A DNA stretch of 64,000 nt from Trichoplax adhaerens (taxonomy: Eukaryota > Animalia > Placozoa): assembly GCF_000150275.1 (NCBI RefSeq), contig NW_002060945.1:2441172-2505171 (forward strand). Direction: 5' to 3'. Numbering within the stretch: position 1 is the first letter of the stretch; the number at the start of each line of letters is the position of its first letter. Shown piece by piece: positions 10,122 to 24,800 of the stretch. The translations under genes were made by a program, and so were the position numbers. The notes below the pieces were generated by a model. That model ran no database searches. It was not told the DNA's origin and worked only from the letters and a program-made list of their open reading frames with translations.

Positions 10122-13100
10122 ACACTCATGCACTAGTGCGCCAATGTTACTCATTCACTAGAAACAGTTGCGCAAAATGGACAACTATTTATTTGGAATT
10201 TTTCACAATTTTTAATAGTTGACATTTTCGAGGTATGCATGAATTTTGATTGTATTCATTAAACTAATTATTCGCCTAATTTATAGGGGATATTTTCTAT
10301 AAGGACATTTGTACTGTATGCAAATATCCACTCACTCTCTTTTCGTCAACATTCAAGTAAGATGAGCTTATAGATTACAAATTGGCTAAAAAATGAATTC
10401 ATTCAATTTCGCAAACTTTTAAAATTCAATTTTGCATGCATGCTGGCCTATTGTGCAGTGTACAGTATAAGTATGAACTTGTACATTAAATACGATATAG
10501 CGTACACTATCACAAGCCCGTCATTATTCCTCTGATCGATATAGAACATAGGTAGTCGACTAAGTACAACAAGGAGTGCTTAAATTAGATAGTATCCAGG
10601 CCAAAGCAGATAAGCAACAGTCAAAATTGACAGCTATTCAACTTAAATGTAATCGTAGATCAACCTTCGAAATCAATCTTAACTTGAATCCAATCTACTC
10701 AGCATTCTCATGTACCAATTTAACAAGTTGTTACCAAATTACTCCGGTTGAACACGAGCAGCTACTTAACATTTAAATTACTCTAATAATTATATTTGTT
10801 GATTGGTGAAATTTCCAATTTGTATAATTATGAACTTACGCTGGATCGAAAAATTGGCTACGGAAGAAAACCGCTAATAGAGATTTTATAGACTCGTCCT
10901 GGAAGTGAACGTGTCGAAAAGTATCGGAAAATAAGAAAAATAAATACACACGGAATACACTAGAAAAGCTAACTTATATTATTTAAAAGCTAATTGTATT
11001 TTTATTTCCCAGCTTAAAACATGAAAGATGCTAGCGAAATCTAAATTCCTCATTTATGAACCTTCATGATTGATACCAGCTAGTTAAAAAGATATCGCAA
11101 TAGTTCTACTCGTATGCCTGAAAGTAGTACCGTTAGTTTAGCGTTGAGGCTAAATTCCTAATTACTGTAGTATCAGAATGACCACCATGCGCTACCCGTG
11201 AAAATTGTGTCTTCGTATATTAGGCATATTGGTAATATTGCTACCTTGACTTAATAAGTGATACTCGAGTACGTAAACCAGTGCATTGGGTACACTGAAA
11301 AATACTCCTCTAATTTATGATAGCTGCATAAATGAAAATTCTATCTTCAAGTTGTTGAGATACCATTCACAAAGCTAAAATTACCATTGATTCAAACTAC
11401 ATCGATGCACAAAATATTACTGACTACTAACTGCCTTTACATATTTACAATGAACGGGAAGGAACTACTCCTTACTGATTTACAATTATTAAATCTATGT
11501 ATAATAGAATAAAAATTACGTAATTATACTATGAAGGGAATTTGTATATTGCAGCATATCGTATTACTTCAAGATTCCTTGTATATATTATTTTTTAATT
11601 TCTGCATTATAGGATCAAATGTATGAATTATAAGCTTTACCAACTCTACAACATCCTATATAATATTGGCAATATGAAAAACATAAATCATGATTGCTTA
11701 TTCATCGTAAAGCGTGAAGCTTCTCAACTCTATAGCATCAACTCCACTTAATTATTATCCGTGTGAAAGAAATGAAGGATAATTGCATATTAATTGTAAA
11801 ACGCAAGGCTTCTCAACTGCCTTAATAAACATTGTTATTTCTCTTTTATCGTAGTGAATAGGATTGAATCCAAGTTAAATTTAGACCGAAAGTGCATAAT
11901 GAATAAGTTAAGATAACTTATTCAATTGACAAGTAGAGCTTGGGTATGGCACGGCTGGATGTACGATTTGCGCCAGTCGAACACGGGCAATAATTAACTA
12001 CCCGGAATAACTATATACGAGTATAGCTACTAATGCTTCATGTTAGCAACTATACCCTATACAATATAGATCTAATTTACACGTGGAATTGTTAGCAGCT
12101 TACCATAGTAATTCGCCTCTTTCTATCTTTTACTGGCACCATAGATAACAGCACCTTTTTGATGATGTTGCTTATACACTATACTGTTATACACTCGACA
12201 CAAATTGATGTTTACGTTTATATAAGTTAGAAATGAGTCGCTGACTTAATTAATTTTTATTTCTATTCTCCTTATCCCCTAATACCGTACTGACTTATTT
12301 TACATTTATTATAAAACATATGGCTCGCTGTCGAAAGATTATAGTCTTTTCCACAAGCCACGCGTTGCTTATGTAATTGCTATACAGAAAGAGTATTAAA
12401 CTCATGTTCCGGCCTTTTGTGCAATCCTAAAAGGTTTAAAATAGCATGTGGCAAATATTAATGCAAGATATTTACCACGTAGTTGGCTAGCATATTGTAC
12501 ATCGGATGAGAAATTATGGTACTAAAGTTAAAGCTTTAGAAGTAATCAAGCCTGAAGAAGATCTTCTTCTGTACTATACTGCGATTCGCTAATGCAGAAC
12601 AGAAAGAGAAGGGCCTGTAGCATTACTGTTTTATTGCTGTAGTACAGCCCTAAACATACCAATTTCGTTTTTCTATGTCTATTAATCGACGTTATTGACA
12701 GCGTAATACGGCATTAGTAGAAAAATCAATCGATGCAATAAATCGAAACATATTCTCTCAGCCTACTTGTTCTTTTATTTTAAGAACGCTTTTTCAGCTC
12801 TTAAAGACATGAATGTGATTGATTCAAACTCTAATAGAAGGGCATTTCAAGAGTAAATTAGCTGCAGTAATATCTTTCAACTTTTTCCCATGAAAGGAAT
12901 AGGATCCAGGCTCTAATTAGATTATCATTTATTCGGTAGATGCCCTATTGCTATAACAGATTGAACACGTTATAGTGGTAGACATGCATATTTCTATACC
13001 GAATAAAATGAAAAGCTCATATCCTACTCGTATATCAGCCCACATAAACTTACTGTACTAGTATACTCCTATTCAATAACAATGGGCGAACATTTTTCTT

Positions 13101-14774
13101 ACTCTATAGTTTCTCATGGATTATCTGTTCAATAAATCAATGAGAAATTCATAAATGACTATGATTTGAATTCACAGCCAATGGATGGCAAAACGCAGTT
13201 ATACGATATCATAATCGCGACTAATTCTCATATAAATTGTGACGATCCATCATTAACTTCTAAGCCCTATACTTGCATGTAGAGTAGCAAATGGATATTT
13301 ATTGACAAATTTTCCGTTAAGCAGATATGAATTTATCACCATTATTATGAATATATATCGGCATTTCCTTTTGTATTGAACCATCCAATATAACGAGCAT
13401 CCTAAATTAAAAGTGTGCTTAGTTTATACTTGTATATGAGCCTTTTTATAATCTATATGAAAGTATCTCAAAAATGATAAAAAAATTGTCTTTGAGGATA
13501 CTAATTCATTAATCTCATCTACTAATATAATACGTAGATCACCCAACAATCTGTCTGTGTTTATGATAATTAATACTATAGGTATTCATATTTTTCCTGA
13601 ATACCATGCAGAATGATCTATCCGTTCCATACCAAGATTAACTAATTTACAATGAGACACTGAAGTTAGGAACAATTTAAATTGGTCTCAAGACTTGATC
13701 ATCATAGCAAGGGTTATGCTTACCAATGGCTTATAAAAGTCCTACGAAGTATGTGCTTATATAGCAGTCAATTCTAAAAGAGGCTAATAGCACCCACGTT
13801 GCTCCACTAAATAGTTGCTAATTAAATACTAAGAAATTAGCATCATAGAAATAAAAAGCATCGAGATGATATAACTAAGGGTAAACAGCTCACAACTTGT
13901 ATCCACTGCCATCATGGTCACGCTATAACCTTATGATCATAAACCAGTTACAACTATAAGAAAGCTCTACAGGTAAAGCATTAAAATGTTCACGCTCAGT
14001 ATGTAAGCCAACAAGTAATTTATTGCCTTCTAGTATATAATCAAAAAAGATTTTAATTACGTACCTGATATTATTACAAATATTGAACAATTCTAAGCAA
14101 TCATTTTTAGCTACTTTAATTGTATTTACTTAAGATTTTACGAAGACGCTTTACCCTTAAAGTAAATTCATTAATACAAAAACGAATTTAACCAATCTAG
14201 TGAACATTTACATTATAATTTTTTGCCATTAGATAAGCATAATATCTACACAACGTATGCACGTATTTTATTGAAAAGTTGGTCCGGTAATCTTAATGTA
14301 ATGAACGGAAAAAAAATGACGGCTAGAATACAAGTTACAGCGTTGCATTAAATCTCTTCTTTTCATTATAGCTGTTTGAAACTTATGATATAATCCTTAT
14401 ATTACAAATTATTGACATTAATCATCAGAAGCAATCAATCACTTACAAAACACTGTATTGTTGAAATGAAATAAATGTATTTCTATCATAATTTTGAAAC
14501 TTTCGATAAGGCCAATTTATACACTTATAATCGATCGGAGGTAGTTGTTAAAGATGGAATAAGTTACAAATTTATGCTGTATTTTAATAGTCATCGAAAG
14601 TAAATCAGTTTGATATCATTATCATCACCTACAAAAAATACTTCGAAACACTTAACTCCACTTATTTACAGCGCTTATCAACTTTTAGTTCTATTCAGGA
14701 GTAGGAGAATCCTATTTAATTCCGATGGAATAGAATTTGATAAGTAGGTATATGACTGTGGAAGTACGAAAAAA

Positions 14775-15851
14775 TTATCCAGTTAACGTCCAAACTGGCT
14801 TACTCTGAATCTCCAATACTGGGGGAAATGCTGCATTATCAGAGTTGCATTTGGGATGCCGTAAGTACGTACACTTACTTAATTCTTCCATCATTTTTCG
14901 TAGATTTTCATTCTTCTTTAAATCAGCTTTAGTAATCTTACCAGAAATGTTGGTCGATGTATTTATTTGAGGATATAGTTGATGAGTATGGTTAGCACTG
15001 GGTTCATCTTTTTTATCATTATTATTTTTCCTATTACCACTATCCGCTCTATCGCGCTTACTAGATAATAAACGATTTTCGATAATGTCTTTCTTATTGG
15101 ATATTAATGCAGGTAGATTTTCCATACTTGATCTATTGGATTCATTAGTTTGACCAATATTATTACGATGTTGATTTTGTTCAATTGGCGGCATCTTCAC
15201 TGTGTGCTCTTGCGATCGATGTGCGTTGGACACTTTAGCATTAGCGGAATTATGATTTGATGATGCCACTAAATTTTTCTTATAATTTTCTAATGGTAAT
15301 AAGACAATATCCGTTGATGATGAACTCTTGGATAGAGCGATATTTCTTTTAAGATCTTGTTCCCTATTAACATTACTATCGCGATTGTCGTAATCGACCA
15401 CAATCCAAGTTTTTTCTTGGCAAATTTTATGGCCTGAAATACTAGGCAAATTGCTATCATGATGACGATGATAATGATGATGACCGTTAGAATGACCTTT
15501 ATTATGGCGATGATGATTATCTTGTTGGTTAGCCGTATCGTGATCGGATGTTATTTTAGACTTTTTAAGGTTTTGTTGTTTTTTCTTAAATAATTTTTGT
15601 TCACTCGATATATTGCTCAAGCGATGAGCACCTTCACGATTTAGTTGACTAATTTTCTCTTTGAGTATCATATTTTCGCGTTGATTTTGTACTTTGGCTA
15701 AATTCAATTGTCGGCTTGGATCATACTTTGTATAAGTTTTATTCTCCTCCATGACTTGATTAGAAACGGCGCTAATGACGTCTGCTTTGCTTGAACTGCC
15801 TTTAAAATAATATTTGACGGTATTACCTTGTATATGCTGTGCAGCATCCAT
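14775..15851 (-). CDS. Uncharacterised Asn/His/Lys-rich, largely disordered protein (about 358 aa); possibly CCDC190-like
   Basis: A 1.08-kb uninterrupted ORF in AT-rich DNA; the first ATG is at 15851 (the ORF track used an upstream GTG). It has an N-terminal coiled segment (QNQRENMILKEKISQLNREGAHRLSNISSEQKLF), a His-rich stretch, and C-terminal ELSKCTYLRHP, resembling the YLRH motif I recall from CCDC190. Coding status is well supported; the family call is weak. Confidence 0.7.
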   Translation of the reverse strand: MDAAQHIQGNTVKYYFKGSSSKADVISAVSNQVMEENKTYTKYDPSRQLNLAKVQNQRENMILKEKISQLNREGAHRLSNISSEQKLFKKKQQNLKKSKITSDHDTANQQDNHHRHNKGHSNGHHHYHRHHDSNLPSISGHKICQEKTWIVVDYDNRDSNVNREQDLKRNIALSKSSSSTDIVLLPLENYKKNLVASSNHNSANAKVSNAHRSQEHTVKMPPIEQNQHRNNIGQTNESNRSSMENLPALISNKKDIIENRLLSSKRDRADSGNRKNNNDKKDEPSANHTHQLYPQINTSTNISGKITKADLKKNENLRKMMEELSKCTYLRHPKCNSDNAAFPPVLEIQSKPVWTLTG

Positions 15852-18800
15852 ATTAAATGACGATTTAGTAAGTGTTCTCACTTGTAATAGTATTATTGGT
15901 AAGTAAAAAGGAAAATTTTTTAATTAATTTAGAAAATTGATTGATTGAATTCTTTCAATTATAACCCTACAATAAGTAATATAAAAATAATAAACAACCT
16001 TATTGAAAATGTATGATATATTAATCAATTAATATAATAACATTATTTTTGGAGGAGAAAAACAATAATCGCCAAAATTTTTATAGTATGGATTGTAATG
16101 AGTACTTTATATTCAAATTTTGACAAGTAATATTAAGTTAGGTTGTACAAGGATGGGTGGTCTTCTGCTCTGTTAATAATGTTATCATCAATAGGTTTAA
16201 AAATTAATTAACTTAATAAAGGGTTTCACCTAACTATAAAATTATTTCATTAATGTTAATTCTTTAAGGTAGTTTGGACGTTAGAATTATCTATATTAGA
16301 ACAACTAAATTATAGTGCGATTCCTTTATTCACCACCATTTTAAATTTTCATCATTGATGATGGAATAAAGTCTAAATTGAAATTATAGACCATTGTCTA
16401 CAATTTATTATTAATAAGATTATGCACAATATTTTAAACATTCTAACACCGGTATAGGCGCATAGAATAAGCGTAAACTAACACTGGAAATTAATATTTT
16501 TATCGCAAATGATTCTTTAACATGAGAGAAATTATTCTAAGTACTAGAGGGTGTCATTTTTAAAGTAAAATCTCATCAATTCAATTAATACCTTAGAAGA
16601 TGCTAATTAAAATCATATTTAATTGATATAACCTATCAACTAGTCAAGCATTCTCAGAAATCAATCTTTCAGTAAAAACTATAATTGAGTTCACTTTATT
16701 CCAGACTCTTATATTATTTTTCGTTCTGTCTACATTTAAAATCTCACGCTACATAGAATAGGGTCTAAATTGCTATGGGTAAGATATAATAAATAATTTG
16801 CTTATTAAATGGGGAGTGCATATCAATAGGTATTATATTAGAGGATCTAATTAACGCTGAATATTGTACTGATGCTTATTATAAACTTTATTACTGCATT
16901 ATTATTGATCACAGTAAATAGGACTATTATTAGTCGTATTACGCTATTTTAAAAGCAAAAAAGTTGTTGACGTTAAAAAATGGAGCTTAGTAGTAATAGA
17001 TTTGAGCTATGGACTAAATTTATTTGTGAGCTACCATCTGAGCTGACACATTAGATCGTTGACAGAGGTAAGAGTAATAAAGCCGATTACCACGATGGTA
17101 ATTCAATACTAAGCCCTAAATCGATTCTCTACCATTCGAATCAATCTTAGCCTAGTTGCGTCTTAATCTATTTTTGCTAAATCAGAAAGTAGCTGATGGC
17201 TATTATACAATAGCGAATCTAATGACGTCCAATGATTATTCAAATTACGCCATATCAAACTATTACGCTGATGCACAAGTAAACATAATTTGTAAGTTTA
17301 TTTCTTCAATCCTCTTAAACATCTGTATACAATTGCCATACAATACCCAAAGATATCAAAACTACATTGATTAGAATGGAATTTATCTACAGCAATACTC
17401 TCTAACTGATGTAGCCTGCTTTTAATATGTTAGGTTATAAAACTCTTTTATCCGACAATAAAAGATGGTGAAGAGGATTTTTTTCCATTATTTGCTTAAA
17501 TGATACATAACAAGAAATAGGAATGCAAATCTGCAATTTAGTTATCGTATTATCCAGCTAGCTTACCTTTTCACTATCTACCGCTATATAATTGTAATCG
17601 TAAACAGCTTTTAAAGATAGCGAAGTCTATTGATATTTTTATTTGTATATTATTTACTCAGATATTCAATAATAAATAAAAAAATAAATAGATAGAAATT
17701 TAACGATCGTATCAACGAACTGCTACTCGTTATCGTGTTAGTAGCAACCGCCTTGACATGATCATAAATCAAATCTTTACTTATGTTAAGGTCTATAGAA
17801 ACAGGCGATTGTCTACTTCTTACTCGGATACCCAAAGGTAATATAAACATAAAATTGTAATTTAGCACCCATTTAAACTGTCTACAGTGCCATTAATGAC
17901 CATTTGGTCATAATAACAAAATAAGAAATCTTCCTAGCCATGACTGCTATAAAAAATAGTCATTGTCTTAGGCCTGAATAAAATCCACGACTAATATATC
18001 TATAAATTATACTATATTGTAACCGAGTCATCCTACAAATTATCTATACTTATATCAATCACTTGCTCGTTATAATTTGATTAATATAATCATAAAATAA
18101 ATTCTACTGACGCCTACCGCTGTTAAATGGCGACAAATACTTATTACCGACTGAAAGAGAACCTATAAGATAATGAATAGGCATAAGCGATTGCGACCGA
18201 ATAAATCAAATGCACTAAATTCAACTATAGGATCTTTATATTGATCAGTTAATGGTAATAATCATAAAATAATCTTTACTAATGATAACAGTCATAGGTA
18301 AAAGGATGATCATCACTTATTTTTTATGTAATACCTGAGAAGAAATGCAAAGAGAAGATCTCAAATTTAGCGTTCATAGGAATTTTGTATAAGTATCCTA
18401 TCCTTCTATCGATTAAACCAATTCTCAGCTATTGTAGATATAGTTCTAAGTTATTTTTACGAGCGATTGCGACTATTAAAAATATTGCTGTATTTCACTA
18501 AAAACTTGTCTGATAAGTACCACAAAATGGAGACTATAATTTACTAAATCCGTGAAATGTCTACTGTTAGAATGTATAAGATGGAAACACAACATATAAC
18601 TTATTACAGCTCATTAATTAAACTATACATTAATTTAACTATATTTTCCCATATCAGAATATTTCAAACCAGCTATTATCCAATTGACTAGGTAAAAATT
18701 TGGATATCTCACAATATTAAAAGAAATAATATAAACTTGCAGTAATATGACCGTTAGCCTTTTTTACTTTCCCAGAAAATAAATGTTTAATTATTGCTTA

Positions 18801-21800
18801 TTAAGGGTTATCCTCGTGAAAATTTGAACATGCTAAGTCAGACTAGTGAATAACACATTTATTTATCTGATCTTTACGTTCATTTTATCATACTGTACTA
18901 AGTCGCAATTATAGCATAAACAATTAAGAGAAAACAGAATCGTATACAATTGGTAAAAAAATTTGAGTTTAATTCATTGATTTATTACTAGTAGTAAACT
19001 GGATATTGTACTAGGTTTATTACATCCAATACCAGTTCTTGTAGGAGAAGTGACATATTGGATATATTTAACAGTTTCACTCCTTCGAATTCAAGCTTAT
19101 GGAAAGCATATTATCACTATTTATGGGTGTGATTAAATATGAATTGTGATTAAAATTATTATCTCTCCCATATAGACAGTGAAATCACTTTGAGCCATAT
19201 AGTAATAGCTTTAAGGATAATCTTATTTCTTTAACTCTCAAGATCCATTAACACAATAATTTAGCAAATTAGATATTTCTTAATATACTAATATGTACGT
19301 ATGCAATATCTTCCATAAAATTCGCGTTAAAATTTTGTAGTATAGCTGAACTGACCTGTGCTCATCTACCAATTTAGCTATGATCTTGTCTTGAAATGGG
19401 CTTGAAAGTGTTCGACTAGACTATCGATCTGTTAGTGCAATATACGTCGTAGTAAAAGTTAGCTGTTTATTAACTAAATTAAATGATTTAAAATTAAGGA
19501 TAGCAAGGCAAATATATTCTTTTTCAATTTAATAAATCTCAGGATAAGAAGAATATAATATTTAAATAACGAGATAGATAATAATAGTCTAAGCTAATAA
19601 TTTCTATAAATGTATTCTTTTTTATACTCTTACTTAACCAATCGTATAATGATTATAGGAAAACAATAAAGCAGGTGCACACTTCGGTATACCGCAAGTA
19701 AGAAAAAAAAATTTTTTAATAAAAGTACTAAATTTATATATTCTGTTATTGAAATTTTGCATCATTCTCTTAAACTAAAGGTTACTATCTATCATGGCAA
19801 AATTAAACTGACATTGAAAAGAGGATAGCAATGATTGATAAAATTGTCTTTAATGACATGAGTAATATCGTATTTTTAAAAAGTTACGACATAGAGGGCG
19901 AAACAATTAACGTATCTTAACATTTGAATATCAAACGATTTAAAGCTACTATTGGCGTTGTTTGGCTTATATTATACCATTACCATGGCGATATTGAAGT
20001 TATCGGAGTGGACAGGATTTTACCTTATATTAATTAATTAATTGATAAGAGGTTAATAAGAAATAGTGTCAAATCATCTATCATATTAAATCTGGCATGC
20101 ATCTCCCAATATAGGAAAAGATTTATGACAGATTGCACGATAAAAATTAATTGAAAATTTAACAATAAACGATACTACTATGTTAGATTAGAATTTTTTA
20201 AAACAATTATTGTTGAATATTTATTAACTAATGATAAGTTTGAATATACTAAAGGAAAGAATGAAAATCGGATTCTTCCTATTGACTATACTAAACTATA
20301 ATATGATTTATAGTACTGTATTTTAAGATTGGCTACGGTTTTATAAATATTTATATTGATATAACTTACTTTTTTATATATTTCTATATAGTGTAGTAGA
20401 GATAAAGCTAATGAAAAAGCAATAATAATATCCGTAAATTGCATCAATTTTAGTAGCGCTGGCCATGATTACAACATCCTGGCCCTAATTTAAGGAGCAG
20501 GCTAGCCTAGTAAGTAGCTTAAGTATCTTATCTAAAAATGTCGATATCTATATCCGATCATAAAATCTTCATAAAACACGTCATCGTAGATCAATTCTTA
20601 GCAACTAATCAAACTCATTCAATCTAATTTCTCTCTATGAATGATTGCTATCTAGAATTTTCTAAATTTAAAGTTTTTGTAATTAAAATTCCATGGGATT
20701 TTTGAATCGCTGCATGCAGTAAAATTATCAATGGTAGTATAAAATATGCAAAAGCGAAAAATGGACGATATACAATCTATTAAACTATTCCATTCTTTAA
20801 AATATCTTTTCTGATTTTTTAAACAGAAATATTGTAACCGTAGTTATTGTTATTAGGAAATGTCTTATTATATTGACAGTCATTCTCTACCTCCGCTTTA
20901 TTCATATTTGACCTCGTTATAGTCAGCTAAAACTGAAAATTAACATGTCTTCATGGATTATTGATTATTATTGCAATTAATCTAGACTTTTGGCGCTCAG
21001 GACACTTTCTTTTCTGTTTAGATCTGTAGCCTGAAGCTATTGTCGAGTATAGATTTAAAATCTGGCCTATGAATGTGCCATTACTGTCAATTTTTTGAGA
21101 TACAATAATATTATCCTGATGTTATATTGATTGCAAAACAATGAATTAGTTACACGACTATAAAACAGAAGAAAGGTTATTTCCTTCCTTGTTGTGTGTT
21201 TTTAAAATCTCTACATAAAAAATCGAAATTGTGATCTTAAGTTTTGAATTTATGCGAAATATTTAGAAATTGGAAGGAACCGTTGTTGAAGGATAATAAT
21301 TTCTCAATGCTGCTATTGAATAGTAACTATGTTGCAAGAATGCCACGAAAATATCTTGAGTCAGCTTCAAAAATATATTTGAAAGATGTGCTATTATGAT
21401 GAATAGCAGCATCAGTTTAATTTGTGAGAGGAATGAATAACGGTAGACATAAAAAAGTAATCTTATTTACGAAAGTTATTATGAATACAGCTTCAAGATC
21501 TTAATATCTAAAAATGACACGCCTCATTCAATCTTTAAAATCTAAGCTAGCTAGATTCCATTCTTTACGAAATAATAAACTTAACATGCTTTCAATCCAA
21601 AATGCAAATTAAATTCAATAAATCAAAAATAAATTTTGATACTTGGCTCTTGAAAATTATATAAATGTATTGCAAACATAATTAACGATACTATATACAA
21701 TGTTTTAGCTTCAATTTGTGGCTAAGCCGTAGATTAATTTAAGATAGACAGACTAAGAACTGTTTCATAATATGAGCAAAAAATATAAACAGCTGCGTGG

Positions 21801-24800
21801 CCAGTAGAATTATTTCACGAGTTCCCAATTTATAAATGATGGAACTTACAAAGTTTTGACTTAAATCACCCGTGGAAACTCCGTCAATTATCTAAATTTT
21901 CATAGACACTGCGATTCTTCTTTCACTAATTTCTTAAATCGATAAAACAATTTTACCAAAGTGTTTTACAAGAAATGTTTAGTTTGAGAAACTGTAACCG
22001 TTGTATAGTTTATATAAATATTAACGTAAGGTACAGCTCTTCTACCGTCGCGGTCAATAATAAACTTCTACATATCTCTTAGTATAAGCAATTTTTAATC
22101 ACTATATTAATATATATCATCGAGATCTGTATTATTATCAAGAAATGACTCAGTTTAACCCTTTAATTACTTTAGATAATAACCCATTAATAATACATTT
22201 CCTATCACGCAATTTGTGCTGATAGATATTTACGCCCTTGAATTGGTTGACAGCTCAATCAGGCAACTACCGGTGTGAAAAAAGCGTGGAAATCATACAT
22301 TTTATAGGTAGACATTAAGTAAAGCCATCATAGTTAATGTAACTCTTCAACACAGATATTGTACAAGTCATCTGTCGACTGCTGATGCATTTGCAAGACA
22401 CAATCTAGGCCTCGAGTAGTATACTGGACTATATACTGTAATGTAACAGCATATAATAAAATTTCCATTACTACTTTACACAGAAATGGAGTACCATACG
22501 TTGTTCGGACATTAAGAAAGATCTTAAAATCGTTTAATATATTATTTTATCGCTGAGAATTTTCTCATATTTAATAGTCAAAAAGACAAGAGAGCCAATA
22601 TTCGATACTGTATGCCAACAATGGCTTTTCTTCACCTGATTTCACGCAAAAATCTCAAAACAATTATCTGTTGTTGCCATTACTTGTAGCCCTATTACAG
22701 CTCATCACTTGATTAATTTCATTCATGATAATTTATGGTTAGTAAATATTGCAGAATACACGAGTATGTCATCTGTCAAATTCTTCTTACATTATAGAGA
22801 AATTCATCGCCAGTTCTCATGATATTTATTGCTAAATTGAAGCCAACGATTGACTGGGATAATTAATTTGCGATGTTAACGTTGAAATACCGTCTGTTAG
22901 TTGTGGCTAGTAATACTGATGTGCATATTCCTTAAATCTTACTAATAATTGAAATGTTGCTCTAACGCAAGTTAGGCGTCGATGACAGAATAAAAATGTT
23001 ATAAGGTCTTAAATGTTAAACATTCTTTTATAATATTGCACATATGATAGGTAGCTAGATCACTGAGTCGTTAAGCATTTAATTAAATCTGCGTAATATT
23101 CTATCTTACGATCTCCAACCTTAATACGGTGTTAAAACAATTATACTTTTAATTTGGAGCTCAAAATATTAAGTGAACTTTAAAGCATTGATGAACTGTG
23201 TTTAGCAAACATTATAGATGGAAAATGATAATTAATGCAACGCTAATGGTTTGAAATATACTTTATCTCTATATTTTTATTCATACTAGGCAATCACTGA
23301 AATTGCGCTATACAAGGTCAATGAACTATGTTTAACAAAAGTCATACACGGGAAATTATAATTGATGAAATACCAATGGATTTGAGATGTATATTATTTT
23401 TTTTTTGCATTTTATGCACCATAAGAAATCGCTTCACTATAGAACGTCATTTTGGGTGCAGATTAGTAAACTTAGTACACTGTAATATACTGAACAGGCC
23501 TTGTAGAATAAGCTATATCAGAGGATAAAAATATCGAATTAGCAAATTGTAATAATGTTGTTCTGAAGTTAATTGTTGCAAAATTTTTATAAATTTTAAG
23601 AATACCAGCCCTGTATGAAATTTGAGGAAAATATTTGCAACGAACGGTAGTATTTAAAATCTAAGGCTAGATGGCTAATCATTTTCATCGTGGCCGTCGT
23701 TAACTTTGTAAGCAGTAGAAAAGTGTACTTTTTGCGAGCACAGATGCCTTATGCAAGGTGAGATACGTAGAGACAGTGCGATTATGAAGTAAACAAAGAT
23801 AGACCTAAAATAGGCTATTAGTTGCTAACATAGGGCAACAATTCCTCTCAAAATAGGGCCCCTCAAATAAGCAATAATGATTTTAATTCTAGTAACAGTT
23901 TGCAAGCAACTTATGAAATTGAACTATAATATAACATACGATGCTAATTCTGTATATTTTGTATGATCTAGGGATCTTATAGAAATAATTATCAACTTGA
24001 GTCTACAAATATATTGAAAATTGAAAAGATATTTACGTCAATGATTACAATTACAGTTCAATTAAATATCCTTTTTCATTCTCTTTGTAATTTTAATTTT
24101 ATGAAATTCAAGTACATTTGCATGTATAGTATCTTGTAAGCATTGTTGAACTTGACATTCGCGTGCAGCTATTTTAAATACTATAGTCCATTAAATATCG
24201 GTCCATTTTATTTTTAGACATGTACAGTAATAATGTACAAAGATAAGTAAAGTTATTTTAACACTTTAGATAGTTCATGATCAATTCCATTCTTGTCAAA
24301 AACTTATCTTTTTATCTAATCTCTCTAATTGCATTAGAATTACCGATGATTTCATGATTCTTTTCTAAATTAAATCTATAATCAAATTTTTACAATGTAT
24401 GCGATAATTAAATAATATAATTTATTACGTATTTCTACGATGGATAACTAACTCAATAAAAACCTATTCGGTCTCAAAATGTCTCGTGTTAAACGCAGTG
24501 AAATCTATAATTATGTTAACGTTATCAAATTATATGTAACTGCTGTTAGATAGAGATTTACTTTTTTCCCTGTTGGTGTAATAATATTTATGGCTTATTG
24601 CGAGTTTCTGATTGGAATGTTTTTGATTTATAAGCTCAGGACCATCTATGATGAATCTGACCATGCAACCAGATTATAGAATCTTGTATAGCGTAGTAGT
24701 AGTAATATTTCTAAGCTAATAAACCATCTAAGCTGATAAGCGTAATTGCGGCAGTTGCACCGGTAAGATTCACTGATTTGTTAAACATGTAATAGGGAGA

